This document shows, one piece after another, positions 11,402 through 23,430 of a stretch of DNA of 64,000 nt. The notes under the pieces are model-generated. The model worked only from the letters and a program-made list of their open reading frames with translations. It was not told where the DNA came from and did no database searches. This stretch comes from Saccostrea echinata. Lineage: Eukaryota. The DNA lies in NCBI RefSeq assembly GCF_033153115.1, contig NW_026889779.1, positions 19,964,001 through 20,028,000 on the forward strand. The letters are read 5' to 3'. How positions within the stretch are numbered: position 1 is the stretch's first letter; each line of letters opens with the position of its first letter. Made by a program: the position numbers and the translations under genes.

Positions 11402-13200
11402 TTAAACTTGCTGCGATGAATTTCTCTGACTCAGAAATAACAGAATCGTTGGTAGTGCCGCATTCCTCAGGTGTGGAGAAAGATTTCACAGAATCTTATG
11501 ACATGTCTACGGTGAACAGCACAAGTGATGATTCAATAATAAACTGGAAAAAACTATCATCTGCACCCACGTCTACAGGTGATTTAAATGAAGCACATGA
11601 GTCCTCTACTGCAAGTCTGTCTAAATCGTCTGATGAATCAACACTCACACTCTCTTCAGAGGGAGCTAGCTGGACTGAACCAAGAGAACAATTTTCAGGA
11701 CCTACAATACCAGTCACTGAACCTACACCTAACTTGATTAACAATGATATAACTGCAATGGATACCATACCTTGGTCAAACATGGACAAATCTATAGAAA
11801 ACAAACAGTTAGATAATCAAACTGAGGTTTCCACGATAGAATTCTCCCCAGAGTTCAAGAAATCCTCATTATTAACATCAGCTTTCTCTGAAAATTTATC
11901 TGAAACTACTAATGCAGACTTTCAGCTAGATTCCATGGAATCAACAGTGACTCTAATCAACAAGACAACATATTCAGTCAACGAAATTACCACTGAATTC
12001 ATAAACAAATTAAAAGAATTGCAGCCTAGAACTATATCCTTAAATGAAAAGCCTGAATTCTCTTCTGAAAATATGCCTGATTTACCCACTGAATCTTCAA
12101 GGGTCACTGGTTGGACTGAGGCAAAAGAAAATTCCACAAGGATGCTTGATGAAACAGTCACTGAATCTACAACAACTTTGTTAAAAAGTGATGTAGATTC
12201 ATTGTACATCACAATCAAGTCTATCAAGAAATCCTCTGAAGAGCAAAAGGGAAACATGGTATCTAAAATGGAAACCAAGTCCCCAATTGCTTCTTGGGAG
12301 CCAGAAGCAGAGGAATTAATAGAAAGTAGTATTTGGTCAACAATGAATATTGATTCCTCAGGAAACTTCGCTGAGACCACAGAAAAAAGTATTGTACAAA
12401 GAGTTTCCATCTATCAAACAGTAGAAGAAAATACTTCTGGAGAATCTGGAATGAATTCAGAATCTGGAATGAATTCTGGTGATGTTGATGATGATGTCTT
12501 CCCAACATTAAAACCTACAAAAATGACAAATAGCAAGAAAACCAGTAAAACAACAACAAAATTCAATTCCACAACCTTAAGGTCTACAAGAGCAGCACCC
12601 AAAACACCAGAAATAGACACCTCCACATCAACCACCGTCAAGAGTCATAGCCATCCCTCACTACAAAATGATGCTACTTATAGGACCAGCAAATCAACAA
12701 TTTCTAGACCAACTACTCTTAAAAACCCAAGAGCAGTCTCCAGTGGAAGAGTCACCACCAAGTTCCTTCCAGAGGAAAGTTCACAAGTGGATACCCACAT
12801 AGTGGCTGGGGTCTTGGTACCAGTAGTAGTACTTATACTCATCGCAATTCTTGGTTTTATATGCTATAGAAAGTTAGTAATTCTTTTTTGTATTTTAATG
12901 TCAAACAAAATATAAACATTTATTGTCAGAATTTTAAGAGATGAAGCTTTAAAAATCTTTCTGTATTTAAGGAGGAAAATGGGAACATACAAACCAAATG
13001 ATGTGGAATCTACTTCAAGAAGAATTGAGGGAGAGACTTATAAAGAAATTCATAAGTTAAGAAGTGTTTCTCATCAAAAACAATCAAATTTCAAACCACT
13101 AACACCTGATGGTTATGCACAGATAAATTTAGATAAGGGTGAAAAAATAAAGGTGAACGGTGTATCGTTACACCAGCCAGATACTGGTGCCTATATTTAA
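11402..13200 (+). CDS. Ser/Thr-rich mucin/proteoglycan-like single-pass membrane protein (exons 11402-12872 and 12972-13200)
   Basis: A ~490-codon open exon rich in S/T/E ends in a TM helix IVAGVLVPVVVLILIAILGFICY. A GT-AG intron (12873-12971) joins it in frame to give YRKRKMGTYKPNDVE...DTGAYI*. Confidence 0.8.
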
Positions 13201-13228
13201 TTTGATTGAACTTGAATATTCCAATCAT

Positions 13229-13600
13229 TTTAGCTCACCTGAGCTAAAAGCTCAGGAGAGCCTTTATGATCACACTTTGTCTGGCATCCGTATGTCCGTC
13301 TGTCTTAGACTTCTCAAGAACCACTGGTCCAGTTTTAAGAAAACTTGCCACAAAGCATCCTTGTTTAAAGGTGATTAAAGTTTCTTCAAATGAAGTGTCA
13401 GGCCCTCTTTCAAGGGGAGATAAGTAAAAGGTTTTGAAAATTTAATGGCATCTTCATAAATTCTCTTCTCAAGAACCACTTGGTCAGGAGAGATGAAAGC
13501 TTCATTACATAGTGTATATTTAAGTTTGTTCAAATCATGAGCCCTCCGGGTGAGGTGGACAGTGTACCTAATGAACAAGGAAATTTTCATGTTAAAGAAA
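13229..13600 (+). mobile_element. HINE/pearl-like non-autonomous Helentron fragment
   Basis: Begins ttttagctcacctgagctaaaagctcagg, followed by gtcc/gtct microsatellite and two ttctcaagaaccactgg core units; same family as 40912-41515. Confidence 0.75.
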
Positions 13601-13639
13601 TAGGGTGCAGTTATCCCCCTTGAGATTTATTCTACCATT

Positions 13640-14650
13640 ATAAAGTATCCCCTACCTATTGTAAACCTTTTTATTTGATACAGAAGTAATCCCTACCTAT
13701 TGCACACTGTTTTGTTTGATACAGAAGTATCCTCTACCTATTGTACACTGTTTTGTTTGATGAAGAAATATCCCCTTCCTATTGTACACTGATTTGTTTG
13801 ATACAAAAGTATCCTCAATAGAACACTGTTTTGTTTGACACAGAAGTATCCTCTACTTGTTTTGTTTGATACAGAATTATTCTCTACTTACTGTACACTG
13901 CCTTGATTGATATAGAATTATCCCCTTCCTATTGTACACTGATTTGTTTGATACAAAAGTATCCTCAATAGAACACTGTTTTGTTTGACACAGAAGTATC
14001 CTCTACTTGTTTTGTTTGATACAGAATTATTCTCTACTTACTGTACACTGCCTTGATTGATATAGAATTATCCCCTTCCTATTGTACACTGATTTGTTTG
14101 ATACAAAAGTATCCTCAATAGAACACTGTTTTGTTTGACACAGAAGTATCCTCTACTTGTTTTGTTTGATACAGAATTATTCTCTACTTACTGTACACTG
14201 CCTTGATTGATACAGAAGTATCCTCTACCTATTGTACACTGTTTTGTTTGATACAGAAGTATCCCCTACCTATTGTACACTGTTTTGTTTGATACAGAAG
14301 TATCGTCTACCTATTGTACACTGTTTTGATTGATACAGAAGTATCCCCTACCTATTGCACACTGTTTTGTTTGATACAGAAGTATCCCCTACCTATTGTA
14401 CACTGTTTTGTTTGATACAGAAGTATCCCCTACCTATTGCACACTGTTTTGTTTGATACAGAAGTATCCCCTACCTATTGTACACTGTTTTGTTTGAAAC
14501 AGAAGTATCCCCTACCTATTGTACACTGTTTTGTTTGAAACAGAAGTATCCCCTACCTATTGTACACTGTTTTGTTTGATACAGAAGTATCCCCTACCTA
14601 TTGTACACTGTTTTGTTTGATACAGAAGTATCGTCTACTTATTGTAAACT
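13640..14650. repeat. 41-bp minisatellite array with an embedded 150-bp higher-order repeat
   Basis: Unit tgtacactgttttgtttgatacagaagtatcccctacctat; near-identical 150-bp blocks start at 13771, 13921 and 14071. Confidence 0.95.
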
Positions 14651-15386
14651 ACATATATACTACATGTATACCTTTTGTACAACTTTTAACTATACCCTAT
14701 ATAACACACAAAAACCTTGCCACTGCATGAATACTCTTGGAACACAAAAATGTATACAGATGTATATAGTTTTGGCTCAATTAATTAAAAACAAATACCC
14801 TATTAACTTACTGTAAAAATATAGCAATTATACGTTTAAAATTAATTTGTCATTTTTTCCCTCGCAATATTCATTTGCATTATTTAACTTTCCACATCAC
14901 AACAGTTCTTACATCTCAAGCACACAAGTTCTGAAAGCATTAAATTCTTATTTTTGGATGTTGTCAGGCCTATAACAGCACCTCTCTGTGGTGACAAATT
15001 ATCATTACGCATTTCATTAAATTATCTATGATATTCAATTTGTTGGCATGGCTATAAGCCATATGCTGTTATAGGACCGACGACAAGAATTCAGTGCTGA
15101 ATTAAATATATACAACTAACTTGAATGACCATTGGCCAAGCTCAAGTTTATCAATTCTTCTCATACAAACAATATAAAACTTAACTCTGATATACAAATA
15201 AATTTTAATGGTATAAAGAAAAAGAATTATGTACATAACCAAAACAGTATAAAATTGTATTTTTAAAGGTTTACATGGTGTATCACAATAATAAAATGCT
15301 CAATATCATTTCAAAATCAGAGAGCTTAAGCTCAAATATCACCTGAATGTCATAACATGTTGGATAAATAAATCATAGACCCATTC

Positions 15387-18300
15387 TTAGCTGATTTTCT
15401 TTTCACTGCGCACCAGATAAATATTGTTGCTACTTCCTATGGCCACCAGGGGGCTGTTGCCATGGCCATCATTATCAATGCAATACACGCCCTGTGGAAG
15501 TTCACATAAATGCCCAGTTGTCTGCAAAGAAAAAAATCTTATTAATAAATTCATCTTATTTTCTGACCTTTTACTTTATGAATGCATAGTTTCTATTGAA
15601 GATATGGTTGTGGAATGTTGCAAGATTCAAATGTATTAAGAGTTTTATATACTAGTATAAATTGTATGTTTAGACAACCAAAACAAATATGCAGTTAGGA
15701 GCTTCTGAAAAAGGCTAACTAGTTAAGAGAAAAACAATCACATTTTCCTGTTGTAGGTATCCGAAAAATGTGTCACATACATACAAATGTATCCAACTTT
15801 TTCATCAATAAATAATTAAATATATTCCAGAAATGTCATTTTTGATGTCAGACATTACTGTTTAAATACTACCATTGAATAAATTTTAATGAACATCTGC
15901 AGACCTATTCTAAAGTGTATAACTGAACTTATAGATATCTCTGACATTGATAACTCGTAACAATATGCCTGAGTGAAGTGGAAGTCCCTACTACTTTTTA
16001 TGCCCCACCATGAATATGGCCGGGCATATAGTGTTTGTCATGTCCGTCTTCCATCCTTCTGTCTGTCTTTCCATCACGCTTTGCGTTTAGCTCTGTTCAA
16101 AGCTCAGTTTCAAAGAAACAAAACAAGATATTTTTATCAAACTTCATATGCTGAATAGATATTGATGAGAGCTATGCAACTGCATTAACATTTTTTGACC
16201 TTGACCTTTCCTTTGACCTCACTTTTTTTGACTTGGTGTTTAGCTCAGTTTTAAAGATACCATTCAAGATAGTGTAATCAAACTTCATGTGTTGATTCAT
16301 AATGATGTAAGCTATTCAACTGCATCAACATTTTTTTTTTTACCTTGACCTTTCCTTTGACCTTGACCTCACTTTTCTTAAATTAGTGTTTAGCTCAGTT
16401 TTAATGAAATCATTCAAGATATTTTCATCAAACTACATATGCTGATACATACTGATGAGAGCTATTCCACTGCATCAATAATTTTTTACCTGACCTTTCC
16501 TTTGACCTTGACCTCACTTTTCTTAAATAAGTGTTTAGCTCACTTTTAAAGAAACCATTCAAAATAGTGTTATCAAACTTCATATGCTAAAACATACTGA
16601 TGAGAGCTATTCAACTGCATCAATTTTTTTTTACCTTGACCTTTCCTTTGACCTTCGACCTCACTTTTCTTAAATTAGTGTCAAACTTCAAATGCTGATA
16701 CATACTGATGTAAGCTATTCAACTGCATCAATATTTTTGACCATGACCTTCCCTTTGACCTTGACCTCACTTTTCTCGATTTGTGTTTAATTTAGTTTTA
16801 ATGAAACCATTCATAATATTTTTATCAAATTTCATATGCTAATACATACTGATGTAACCTTTTCAACTGCATCAACATTTTTTGACCTTGACCTTTCCTT
16901 TGACCTTAACTTCATTTATTTTAAATTAGTGTTTAGCTCAGTTTTAAATTAAACATTCAAAATATTTTTATCAAACTTAATATACTGATATGTATTTGTG
17001 AGAACTATTCAAATGCATCAAAAACATTTGACCTTGAACTTTCCTGTGACCTTGAGCTTACTGTTTTTAAATTTGCATTTTGATTGATTTTAAAGAAACC
17101 GTTTAAGATATATTTAAGTAAGCTTATGCACTTATGCATAATTTGGTGAGAATTTATCATCTATATCCAACTTTTTAGATTTCAATTTCAATTTTAAAGA
17201 AACTATTCAAGATATTCTCATCAAATTTCATACACTAAATTACTAATAAAAATTTTCATGTTGCATTACTAATATACCCTCGGTGGGGCATTCATGTCCT
17301 ATGGCCATATTTCTAGTTCTCTTTATATTTTAATCTTAATATCTGAAATCTCAGATATCTCAAAATGTTTTCTCTGTCCCTTCAAAGAGATAATGAGATG
17401 TGACAGTCTTTAAATATACCTAACATTTCACTTTATAATTTTGGTATCTAAGAGCTGTAGATACAAATCAAACATGTTTATAGAGAACAAGGGTGGTTAC
17501 ATATCATGCTCACAACTAAACCCCATACAAAATTTTAATAAGTAGCCCATGGGCTACAGTGCTCACCTGATTTATTTTAACTCTGCTTTCCTGCTCTGAG
17601 AAAATGATTTTAAAAATTTTCCCTACAAATTTCCACGTAAAACATTGTGACCCCATTCTTGCCCCATGTACAATTACTTGACCAAAACAGTGAGACAGAC
17701 AAATGTAAAAATGACAGAGACTTTGATGTACCTCTGAAGATTCTTAGGTTAGAGGACAAATTCAAGGCAAATAGATGACAAACATTGATCAGAAAAATTA
17801 CTTGAGCCTTTGACTCAGGTGAGCTTAAAAGTTCCTAGGATAAATTATGGGAAATATATTGAAGCTGTCCCTGATGATTCACTATAACCATGTTCTACTG
17901 TACTTAGCTTTTTAAATCATTATAACTTATTTAGAGAATTTGCCTTCAAAGATACCTTATCTAACAGGAATAGGCTGGATTTTACCACTTTTTCTGTAGG
18001 TACATGAGTACTTAAATTTAATGGTCCATTTCAGCAATTCTGCCCAGTATTTGTAATATGCCCTAACACTTATATTTTATGTTCATTATCACTTCTGTCC
18101 TGTACTTACATTTTATATTCCCATATTAAAAATTCTGCTATAAATACTACAGATGTATTTATTTTAGCAATTATCATATTTTAGTGCCTTTTGTGCTGCG
18201 CCTAGTCTGCTAATTCAAGTACATACTTGTAAGTTGTAAACATTTTGGTCCACATGCACAAATTCATGTTTATGCTAATTTACTGATTAGGAAGATTGTG

Positions 18301-21300
18301 CCATATTTTGAGTGAGATAATTTAAGTACTTTCAAAGTAGTATTAAGAACTAATCAGTAAATCTGCTCAGTACTCAAATTCAGTGTTCCCTTTTCAGTCA
18401 CTGACAGTGTTTTTCCATCAGTAGCACACCAGCACTTATATTTAATTTTCCCCTTTCAGTTATTTTACATAGTACTTAGCCTCTCAGTAATTCTACTCAG
18501 TAATTACATTTAATGTTAGAGTAATTCTGCTTGGTACTTATATTTAATGCCCCCCTATCAGTAACATATTTACATTATACCTTTCCCTAATTTTACTTGA
18601 AACTTGCATTTACTGTTCCATTGTCAGTAATTCAATCAGCTCAATCAGTACTAATATCTAATGTTTCCATATCAGTAACTTTTCTCAGTATTTTTAAATA
18701 TTTAATGCTCCCCTATTATTCTGTCCAGTACTCACACTATTAATGTTCTAGCTATCAGTTCTACTTGGTACTTACATTTAATGTCCCCCTATCAATAACT
18801 CTGGCCATGTTCATGTCTGATCCTCCACAAATGATGTTCTCCTTCCCCAGCCACTGACAACAGTACAGCTACAATTAAATACCATAGAAATGAATCACTG
18901 TAGGTACAATATGTACAGTTGGTTGCAGTTTCATACTAAATCACATTGTAACACCTAAAAGAAAAACTAAATGGACCACTCACATACATTTACTGGATCA
19001 CACATCAAGTGGATACAACAAATGTATCTGTCATGTTATAAGTCTGATACATGAAATAACAGTGAATGCACAATTACATATACAAATAATGATCTTACCA
19101 AACTGTCATTCATTGGCTCTGGAGGAACATCTTTTATTTTCTCAGCACTAGCAAAATCCCAAATCTACAGTTTAATGCAAACTTCATTTTAATTTGTAAT
19201 TACAGTCAAATCTCATTATTTTGATAGAATAAAGCAACAATGATTTGGCAGTTTTTTTGTCATGGCTTTACTCTGAGATAAAATGTAAAATGAATAATCA
19301 TACAATGCAAACAAATATGAATGACTGTTCAATGGTACAATACAATGAATATGAACAATGATCACTGACTGTTCAATAGTTCTGACAATACTGTATAGGA
19401 AAAGCAATGAGTTCACACACAATGGTCTAAATCAACTTTATCAATAGTATATGATGTAGAGAGTTCAATGACAATGACACAATGACAGAAGCACAATTAT
19501 TTGCCACAGCCCCTGGAGGATAATAGAACCTGCAGTGATGCTTGGACTTAATCTATTCACCTCAATAACATGACTCAACTCATATACGAGTTAAGTTGGA
19601 TTATCTTGAACTCTGTGGGACAGAGGAAAAACTTCGAGATATCTGATGATTTGAGATATCGAGGGTAAAATACTTAAAGAATAAGTAGGGCTGAAACGAT
19701 ATGCCCCCTCAACGATACGGTATGTATCGCGATACTTGTGTCACAATTCAATTTTTTTCAATACGATACATTTTAAAAAAGAAACACATCAAAAGGTTCA
19801 AGAAAACATGTATTCAGATTTCAAAAGGCAAGTAAAGGGTGATGATACAATAAAGAGCACTACTTGTGCTTCTGTAGATTAAAGAGCACTTTGTTCATGT
19901 CAATACTAGCAGCATCAGCCTGCTCTGAAACTTTTCCGTCGCAATTTTCTCCCTCATGTGTGTCAAACTATTAAAATGAGGTCGAACCTGATCTATTTCA
20001 AGGAGTAACCACATCCGATTATAAAAAAACGTACCGAACCGAAAATCGAGATAGTGAATCGAACATTGAACCGAGCAGTAATATTAAACAATATTGAATC
20101 GTTTCAGCCCTTAGAATAAGTGGTTGGACTTCCAAATCACTTTGACATATCCTTGGTGTTCGAGATACCTAAGTTCAACTGTATTTCAAAAGATAGAACT
20201 TAATTAATGTGATAATATCTGTTATCAGAATAACTTTCATTTTAATCAAATCCCAACATCAGCCTTAAGTCAGTGTATAAATCTGCTCCAATGCAGTTTA
20301 TATGAACTAAGAAACTGAATTTGGATGTTGGTATATCATTAGTTTTTAATGTATATACCTGAAGTACGTCAATTTTCCTCCAGGACCCCGTTAGGATATG
20401 ATTATGAATTGGGTCAATGTCTAAGGCTTCTCCACAGATGTGTGGTCCACTAATCAATCTAAAAGGGAATTAACTTACAGAGTTAAAACAGAATGAAGAC
20501 TTTGTAAGATGTATGGTCCACTAATTAATCTAAAATGGAATTAACTTACAGAGTTAAAACAGAATGAGGACTTTGTAAGATGTATGGTCCACTGATAATT
20601 CTAACTTATATAATATAGTGTTAAAAACAGAATGGTTACTATCTTTCTAGTTAGTACTCTTTTTAATATTTCCAAAGCCTCTACATTTTATTGATGCAGA
20701 ATCAGATTAATTAAGCTTTCCCAAGCACTCTACTTAATCTGGTGAAGAATATTGCTTACCTTATTGACTGTCTTTGTCGATCATCCCAAAACTGAAATGA
20801 AATAGAAATTATTATAAATTAAATTGTTTTATTTTCAATTAATGAAAAAAGTTTCAACATTCTTTACTTCAGTTGTAACTCTTAAAATCAAAATGTGAAA
20901 AAAGTTGGTGCTAAATCATTGTAATTAAATATGACTTGACTTCAAGGTTACATGTCTGTGGCATGTGTGGGTCAGAATGGAAGGTCAAATATGATGGCTT
21001 ACTTTTTGATATATATGACTTTGATCAAAGCAGTTTGCAGTGAATAAAGAAACGTTTTTTGGTTTGGACACTGCTGTACAAGAAGAAGGAACAAACTTGA
21101 GGTACATTTAAGACAAAAATTTCTTATCTTCTTTTCTATTAACTAAACCAAAACTTCTCTGATAAAATATGAGTTAAATTATCCCAATAAACTGTCACTT
21201 ACATGTACCATTTTATCCCAATAAAATGCCACTTACATGCACTGTGTTATCCCATCCTCCTGAGATGAAGACATGAGGGAAGTTTGGATGATACTGGGCT

Positions 21301-23394
21301 GCAAACACTCGGAAATGATGACCATCCATCTTATCTCGAGAATCACTAAAAGAAAACATGCATATTTCACATAACACTGATTTTTTTTAGTACAGGTGAA
21401 AATCATGGGATAATGTCTCTTAAATTTTGCTTCATATGTTTAGGAAAGTCAACAAAATTATTTTTTAAAGGATTCTTTTCTTCTTGGTAAAAAAAGAGAC
21501 AAAGAAATAATCTGCTGTTAGAAAAAGACACTGAAAAACCATTGTGGATGTTTATACAGAAAATGTTTTATAAACTAGAAATATGTCCATAGGACATGAA
21601 TGCCCCGCCAAGGGTATATTAGTAAAGCAACATGAAAATTTGTTTTACTGTATGAAAAATGAGAATATCTTGAAAAGTTCCTTTAAAAAAATTGAAATCT
21701 AAAAAGTTGGATATAGATGATAAATTCTCACCAAATTATGTATAAGTGCATAAACTTACATAAATATATCTTAAATGGTTTCTTTAAAATTAAGCAATAT
21801 GCAAATCTAAGAAAAGTGAGGTCAAGGTCACAGGAAAGTTCAAGGTCAAATGTTTTTGATGCAGTTGAATACTTCTCACAAATACGTATTAGCATATTTA
21901 AGTTTGATAAAAATATTTGAATGGTTTATTCAAAACTAAGCTAAACATTTAAAATAAATGAAGTTAAGGTCAAAGGAAAGGTAAAGGTCAAAAAATGTTG
22001 ATGCAGTTGAAAAGGTTACATCAGAATGTATTAGCATATGAAGTTTGATAAAATATTACGAATGTTTTCTATAAAACTAAGTTAAACACAAATTGAGAAA
22101 AGTGAGGTCAAGGTCAAAGGAAAGGTCAAGGTCAAAAAATATTGATGCAGTTGAATAGCTTACATCAGTATGTATCAGCATATGAAGTTTGACACTAATT
22201 GAAGAAAAGTGAGGTCAAGGTCAAAGGAAAGGTCAAGGTCAAAAAAATGTTGATGCAGTTGAATAGCTTATATCAGTATGTATGAACATATGAAGTTTGA
22301 TTACACTACCTTGAATGGTATCTTTAAAACTGAGCTAAACACTTATTTAAGAAAACTGAGGTCAAGGTCAAAGAAAAGGTCAAGGTAAAAAAAATGTTGA
22401 TGCAGTTGCATAGCTCTCATCAATATCTATCAGCATATGAAGTTTGATAAAAATATCTTGGATGGTTTCTTTGAAACTGAGCTTTGAACAGAGCTAAACG
22501 CAAAGCGTGACAGAAAGACAGACATAAGGACGGAAGACGGACATGACAAACACTATATGCCCTGACCATATTCATGGCGGGGCAAAAAAATAACTGTCTG
22601 ATGAGTTATTGGAAATGGGAGAAAGAGAGAATTATATAAAATGCTTTTTATTCCTACTTGTTTTTTTTCTCTTGAAAAGGAAGGGGTTGATATTTTCCCT
22701 TTATTTTACAAAGATTTTGCATACCTTGGTTCAAGTGTATTGATTCTCTTTTTTGTGTCTTCGTCATACACGTGGATTTGTGGACTGTCACCAGTGGTCA
22801 GAAATCTGGTGCCATCTGGATTTACAGCTATATTTAGTGTTTGTCTAACTTCGTTGATAGTGTGCAGACATTTCCCTGATGTGTAATGCCAAAATTTGAC
22901 TAAACCTGATGCATCTGAAAATGTTGTCACATGAAAATATATATATACCAGTATATATATCGAAAGCTAGTGTAAGATTTCTTTTATGAGAACTTTAAAT
23001 TACAAAGAACACATGCTGTGTTGTTTTGTTAGTGAATATTTGGCCTCTGGAAGCAGCTACCCATGATTAAGGGTACATAACTACACTTAACCATAAATAA
23101 CCTCTAGATTTAAACAGAGTAATTGAAAATTTCACTCTCTATATATTTTAAGCTTTATTTGTGAAATGTGCATGCCAAATTTAAGTCACTGTCCTTAAGT
23201 ATAATTCAAAGGGTTAAAGTATGGATCTGCAAGAATTAAGCTGCATGTACATATAAAGATCAAAATGGAACAATAAATATGTTGACGTCAGTATGAAGTC
23301 ATAGAAGCAATACTGGATTCAAATCAATTAATAAGCAATTAATAAGACATGTAAAAGAAAAATTTCAGACCTCTAAGAAATTTATTTGTCACTG

Positions 23395-23430
<36 letters not shown>

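Noticed and set aside
11496-12641. Minus-strand ORFs of 75-162 aa
   Set aside because: They are antisense shadows of the Ser/Thr-rich plus-strand exon.
12873-12915. C-terminus LVILFCILMSNKI of the 499-aa ORF
   Set aside because: This is read-through into a GT-AG intron; splicing gives a better-supported cytoplasmic tail.
13640-14650. CRISPR-like array
   Set aside because: Units are contiguous tandem monomers without unique spacers, the context is eukaryotic and no cas genes are present.
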